Source: Pecten maximus (lineage: Eukaryota). From it: a stretch of 64,000 nucleotides of DNA. The notes below the pieces were generated by a model that did no database searches, was not told where the DNA came from, and saw only the letters and a list, made by a program, of their open reading frames with translations. How positions within the stretch are numbered: position 1 is the first letter of the stretch; each line of letters starts with the position of its first letter. The translations under genes and the position numbers were made by a program. Shown here in pieces: positions 58,788-64,000 of this stretch. Location of the stretch: positions 41,416,001-41,480,000 of the forward strand of contig NC_047023.1 in NCBI RefSeq assembly GCF_902652985.1. The letters run 5' to 3'.

Positions 58788-60333
58788 ATTTGTTTGTTTT
58801 TGTTTATTGCCCTGTGAACAGGAAGTGTCATTTTGAGGTATGGTCTCTTTGTAGTAGCAGGTGACTACCTTACTGAACAACATACAGGAGGCCAGTCACA
58901 TGTATCCAGAGCAATTACTTGGTAGGTTAAAGTATCTTGCCCAAGGACACAACCACGTCATCAGAATCTGCCACGGATAGGGAGCACATTCCAACCACTC
59001 ACCTCAGATCTGAGGTTACGTTACCACGGGTAGGGAGCACATTCCGACCACACACCTCAGATCTGAGGTTACGTTTCCACGGGTAGGGAGCATGTTCCAA
59101 CCACACACCTCAGATCTGAGGTTACGTTACCATGGGTAGGGAGCATGTTCCAACCACACACCTCAGATCTGAGGTTACGTTACCATGGGTAGGGAGCACA
59201 TTCCGACCACACACCTCAGATCTGAGGTTACGTTTCCACGGGTAGGGAGCATGTTCCAACCACACACCTCAGATCTGAGGTTACGTTACCACGGGTAGGG
59301 AGCACATTCCAACCACACACCTCAGATCTGAGGTTACGTTACCATGGGTAGGGAGCACGTTCCGACCACACACCTCAGATCTGAGGTTACGTTTCCACGG
59401 GTAGGGAGCACATTCCGACCACATACCTCAGATCTGAGGTTACGTTACCATGGGTAGGGAGCACATTCCGACCACACACCTCAGATCTGAGGTTACGTTT
59501 CCACGGGTAGGGAGCATGTTCCAACCACACACCTCAGATCTGAGGTTACGTTACCACGGGTAGGGAGCACATTCCAACCACACACCTCAGATCTGAGGTT
59601 ACGTTACCATGGGTAGGGAGCACGTTCCGACCACACACCTCAGATCTGAGGTTACGTTTCCACGGGTAGGGAGCACATTCCGACCACATACCTCAGATCT
59701 GAGGTTACGTTTCCACGGGTAGGGAGCACATTCCGACCACATACCTCAGATCTGAGGTTACGTTACCACGGGTAGGGAGCACATTCCGACCACACACCTC
59801 AGATCTGAGGTTACGTTACCACGGGTAGGGAGCACATTCCGACCACACACCTCAGATCTGAGGTTACGTTACCACGGGTAGGGAGCATGTTCCAACCACA
59901 CACCTCAGATCTAAGGTTACGTTACCATGGGTAGGGAGCATGTTCCAACCACACACCTCAGATCTGAGGTTACGTTTCCACGGGTAGGGAGCATGTTCCA
60001 ACCACACACCTCAGATCTGAGGTTACGTTACCACGGGTAGGGAGCACATTCCGACCACATACCTCAGATCTAAGGTTACGTTACCACGGGTAGGGAGCAC
60101 ATTCCGACCACACACCTCAGATCTGAGGTTACGTTTCCACGGGTAGGGAGCACGTTCCGACCACACACCTCAGATCTGAGGTTACGTTACCATGGGTAGG
60201 GAGCACATTCCGACCACACACCTCAGATCTGAGGTTACGTTTCCACGGGTAGGGAGCACATTCCAACCACACACCTCAGATCTGAGGTTACGTTGGCCGG
60301 GGGTCGACTTACTGATTAAGCTATTGTGGCCCC
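58788..60333 (-). mobile_element. CORE-type SINE whose tRNA-related head is expanded by a 53-bp tandem array
   Basis: Minus strand, in order: head GGGGCCACAATAGCTTAATCAGTAAG (A-box-like); the array; GTGTCCTTGGGCAAGATACTTTAACC (CORE-like); a body homologous to 3417-3560; tail AATAAACAAAAACAAACAA. Confidence 0.7.
58971..60294. repeat. 53-bp minisatellite, 25 units, each with a 16-bp perfect palindrome
   Basis: Unit CCAYGGGTAGGGAGCAYRTTCCRACCACACACCTCAGATCTGAGGTTACGTTW; palindrome ACCTCAGATCTGAGGT. Confidence 0.96.
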
Positions 60334-61304
60334 AATTAGATTACAAAAGATGTTTTATAAACAGGTCATAACTTCCATAATTTAATACCAAAAGGAATGC
60401 AGGGCACCCCACTAAGATGTTAATAAGAAAATATCAATGATTTCTGTAAACTCATCATGAACGACTCTTCGTCTCTTCGGTACATGTTCACATCAACATT
60501 TTGTTTTTTAGACTAAGAGTAATTCTGTTCATAGTCCTTGGCCCAAGTCTGACAAGTGATGAAATGTTTTTGGCAGGACTAGTCCCACGGTTGACGCACA
60601 ATTATACGATTATTTATTACATTGTTCTGCAGTTTCATATTTTTATGCTGGACTGGTGTGAATTGCATACCATGTCAAGCATGGTAACAATCAGCTCAAT
60701 GATCATGAATATATGCACATTAATTTTGATTAAACATGTGCATGAGATCTAAATATAAACACTCAGAATACCTAATTCGTAACACAACAGTAAATTATAA
60801 AATTACATTGGAAGATATATGATCCTTTAAAGGCACGAGGGAACCAACTGATTACTGTTATTACTTATAAGGATATAGACCCACTTGTGGTGTTAAATGT
60901 TTTGAGACCCTGGTAGGGGACGGTAAGGGATACTAAGGAATGTATATACCAAACAAGTATCCTGTTAAAGACAGGAGCATTGGCTTCCATTCACTGGCAA
61001 CCTTCAGTACAGAATATTTGCCCCTTTTAAATTAAAATTACTTATATTCTTACATGAACTGGAAAAAAATCTCCAGGTTTGGAACAGGTTTTCAAACTGA
61101 AGATCTTCTCTAGTATGGATAGTAATGAAACATAGATGTTCATGAAGAAGCAGTGAACAGGATAAAATATAATGTAGATTATATATGTTTATAGACTGAT
61201 AAAATTCCTGGTGTTTACAATCCCAAGTAATGTACATAACAACACTGTCTACAAAACATTGTCATCTTTCATTTGTACTAAATATAATGTCACAAACATC
61301 TACA

Positions 61305-61397
61305 AAGAATTGTCATCTTTCATTTCTAAAAAGAATTGTCATCTTTCATTTCTAAAAAGAATTGTCATCTTTCATTTCTAAAAAGAATTGTCATCTT
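61305..61397. repeat. Short ~26-bp tandem repeat
   Basis: AAAAAGAATTGTCATCTTTCATTTCT about 3.5 times. Confidence 0.85.
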
Positions 61398-62727
61398 ACA
61401 CTTACGATATTATAAACCACTGGTATTATGTATACGTATATATCTTCAATCTAGAATCATCCTGATGACAACATGACTGTATACATGTATATATATCTAC
61501 AATGTATGTTGCTGAACACATGTGTAACTTGCTGGCTATATATATATATTTACCAGTATGAGAATTAATAATTAAAGAGAAATAACGTACATCTAAGAAA
61601 GAGTGTAAACTATATATAATAGGATCGTTATAGGTGATGAGATCTGCCATATGTATAGACACACTGGAGCTAGCTACCTAATGAAAAGGTGGCTAGAAAA
61701 CATACGCTAATTAATAGTAATTATAGGTATCTTTATACCATATTGTGAAAACAGCATTCTATATCCCTTGAATGTCACAACTATCAATTCCACAGATAAT
61801 CACCATATTTGAGCTCTGTGGTTACAAAATCACCAGAGGGTATGTTTAGGGACAGGTTAGTTTATTAGGTCAAAACGAGTCAATATCTAGGCTTCCTCTT
61901 GTACTGTAGTTGTGAACTGAAGATTTTGTGAGTAAAATTTATGGGAGAAATGAAGTCTACTTTAAAACTAGTGATTTATATACTTAAATGGCCTAATTTC
62001 AAGTATAACATTGGATATTTAACTGTAATTATCCAATTCGAAAATTTACATGCAAACTCAATAGCCTTTCAGAGTTTAATGGAACAGATTTGACGTATTC
62101 TTACTCTTTTTCTAATTGTACTAAACTATGCCAGAAATGGCATGATAAATATGTTCCATTTTAACTCTCTTGTTAAGATTTGAATTTTTTTTTTACCTAG
62201 ACTGAAATCAAATGACTTTATTCATATATAACTCCAAAATTCATATCATCTCAACTACTAATATTGTTTATCAAAACAGATTTATCAAACTGTGTTTTTC
62301 ATGATTTTTTTTCTATTCATCTCCAAATAGAAATTCTCTTTTCCTGTCCATTCGTGTAAATATCATTGCTGTTTCCATTAAATGCTGACTTCAGGTATGA
62401 TGTTTCATTTTTCAGATATTAAAGGAACAAGCAATATTTTATGAAACCCTTTGGGTTCAGTGGTATAATTACCCACACTTAGACTCAATAATGTAAATCT
62501 ATATTCGTAACAGGAACTGAGTCATGACTATGCGAGACATTTAACTTCTCAATTAATTGAACCACGATTTTCCTTTATCAATACCCGTCAGCTATTCATT
62601 CTATTTATACTTCAAGGATACTTCTACCTGAAGTGTGGCTTTAATATATCTACAACCTATCGAGAATGACCTGTTATACTGACCTTCAATTCCCATTCTG
62701 GCTAAACGTTACCTGATCAAATAGAGG

Positions 62728-62882
62728 GATCAGTAAGTTATATAAAATATTATACATAGAGCGATCAGTAAGTTATATAAAATATTATACATAGAGAGAT
62801 CAGTAAGTTATATAAAATATTATACATAGAGCGATCAGTAAGTTATATAAAATATTATACATAGAGAGATCAGTAAGTTATA
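62728..62882. repeat. 35-bp tandem repeat (~4.5 units)
   Basis: GATCAGTAAGTTATATAAAATATTATACATAGAGM. Confidence 0.88.
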
Positions 62883-64000
62883 CAAGAGATCCCAGAGGGA
62901 TCTTGGCGCCCACCATTGAATGATCTTTATAGGTTCCATGTCAGATTGATCTTTTCTCTACTTTTCCCTTCCTCTAAGTCTTACTAATCTGTGTAAATTC
63001 AGAAACAGCCCTCTAGTACTTTTCAAACAAGAGGAACCTCTATAAACAAGAGATCCCAGAGGGATCTTGGCGCCCACCATTGAATGATCTTTATAGGTTC
63101 CATGTCAGATTGATCTTTTCTCTACTTTTCCCTTCTTCTAAGTCTTACTAATCTGTGTAAATTTAGAAACAGCCCTCTAGATCTAGTACTTTTCAAACAA
63201 GGGGAACCTATATATAAAATTTAAGATTTAGCGATAATGGCTGTCTGTCGGCCATGTTGTTTTCCGATTGGTCCCAAATGCAATACCAGGGACCAAGGGG
63301 AACCTACATATGAAATTTGAGAAAGATCCCTTCAGTGCCTTCTGTACAATAGCGATAACAAACTTCAATTTTCAAAATCCAAGATGGCTGCCTGTCAGCC
63401 ATGTTGTTTTTCGATTGGTCTCAAAATGCAATATGCATAACTACGCACTGAGGGAAACCTACATATGAAATTTGAGAAAGATCCCTTCAGTACTTTCTGA
63501 GAAATAGCGATAACAAACTTCAATTGTCAAAATCCAAGATGACTGCCTGCCGGCCATGTTGTTTTCCGAATAGTCTCAAAATGCAATATGCATAACTAGG
63601 CACAGAGGGGAACCTACATATGAAATTTGAGAAAGATCCCTTCAGTACTTTCTGAGAAATAGCGATAACAAACTTCAATTGTCAAAATCCAAGATGGCTG
63701 CCTGTCGGCCATGTTGTTTTCAGATTAGTCTCAAAATGCAATATGCATAACTAGGCACCGAGGGAAACCTACATATGAAATTTCAGAAAGATCCCTTCAT
63801 AAGTATCTGAGAAATAGCGATAACAAACTTCAATTGTCAAAATCCAAGATGGCTGCCTGTCGGCCATGTTGTTTTCCGATTGGTCTCAAAACGCAATATG
63901 CATAACTAGGCACCAAGGGGAACCTACATATGAAATTTGAGAAAGATCCCTTCAGTACTTTCTCAGAAATAGCGATAACAAACTTCAATTATCAAAATCC
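62882..64000 (-). mobile_element. HINE of a different family with a duplicated terminus and ~155-bp internal repeats (runs off the window)
   Basis: Terminus ACAAGAGATCCCAGAGGGATCTTGG (hairpin AGATCCC/GGGATCT) at both 62882 and 63046, followed by tandem units AAATCCAAGATGGCTGCCTGTCGGCCATGTTG...GCGATAACAAACTTCAATTGTC. Confidence 0.82.

Noticed and set aside
58971-60294. CRISPR-like look of palindromic repeats (also 2016-2756 and 37458-39102)
   Set aside because: The sequence between palindromes is repeated rather than unique spacers; there are no cas genes and the context is eukaryotic.

Overview
AT-rich eukaryotic genomic DNA. It has spliceosomal introns, tRNA-derived SINEs of V- and CORE-type, and Helentron-associated non-autonomous elements, a repeat landscape that looks like a bivalve mollusc (inference only). 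Two convergent glycosyltransferase genes are present. The first is an intronless GT32 (DXD, SUR1/OCH1-like) CDS on + (6074-7114). The second is a 9-coding-exon ceramide glucosyltransferase (UGCG)-like gene on - (44893 to 19915, 405 aa reconstructed by hand); it has lost the conserved D2 aspartate, the NPK lysine and the His193 equivalent. About 20 unrelated minisatellites fill the introns and flanks, and the long ORFs in the track other than 6011..7114 are artefacts of these repeats. The most notable item is a 49-bp tandem array of 18 units (47741-48619). Its consensus is a complete minimal hammerhead ribozyme: CUGACGA core, GUCC/GGAC stem II, GAAA, palindromic CAGCUG stem III, GUA cleavage triplet, GCAUCA/UGAUGU stem I. 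It lies antisense in the probable 5'-UTR intron of the UGCG-like gene, and most copies carry core mutations. All coordinates and counts were read by eye; repeat boundaries are approximate.
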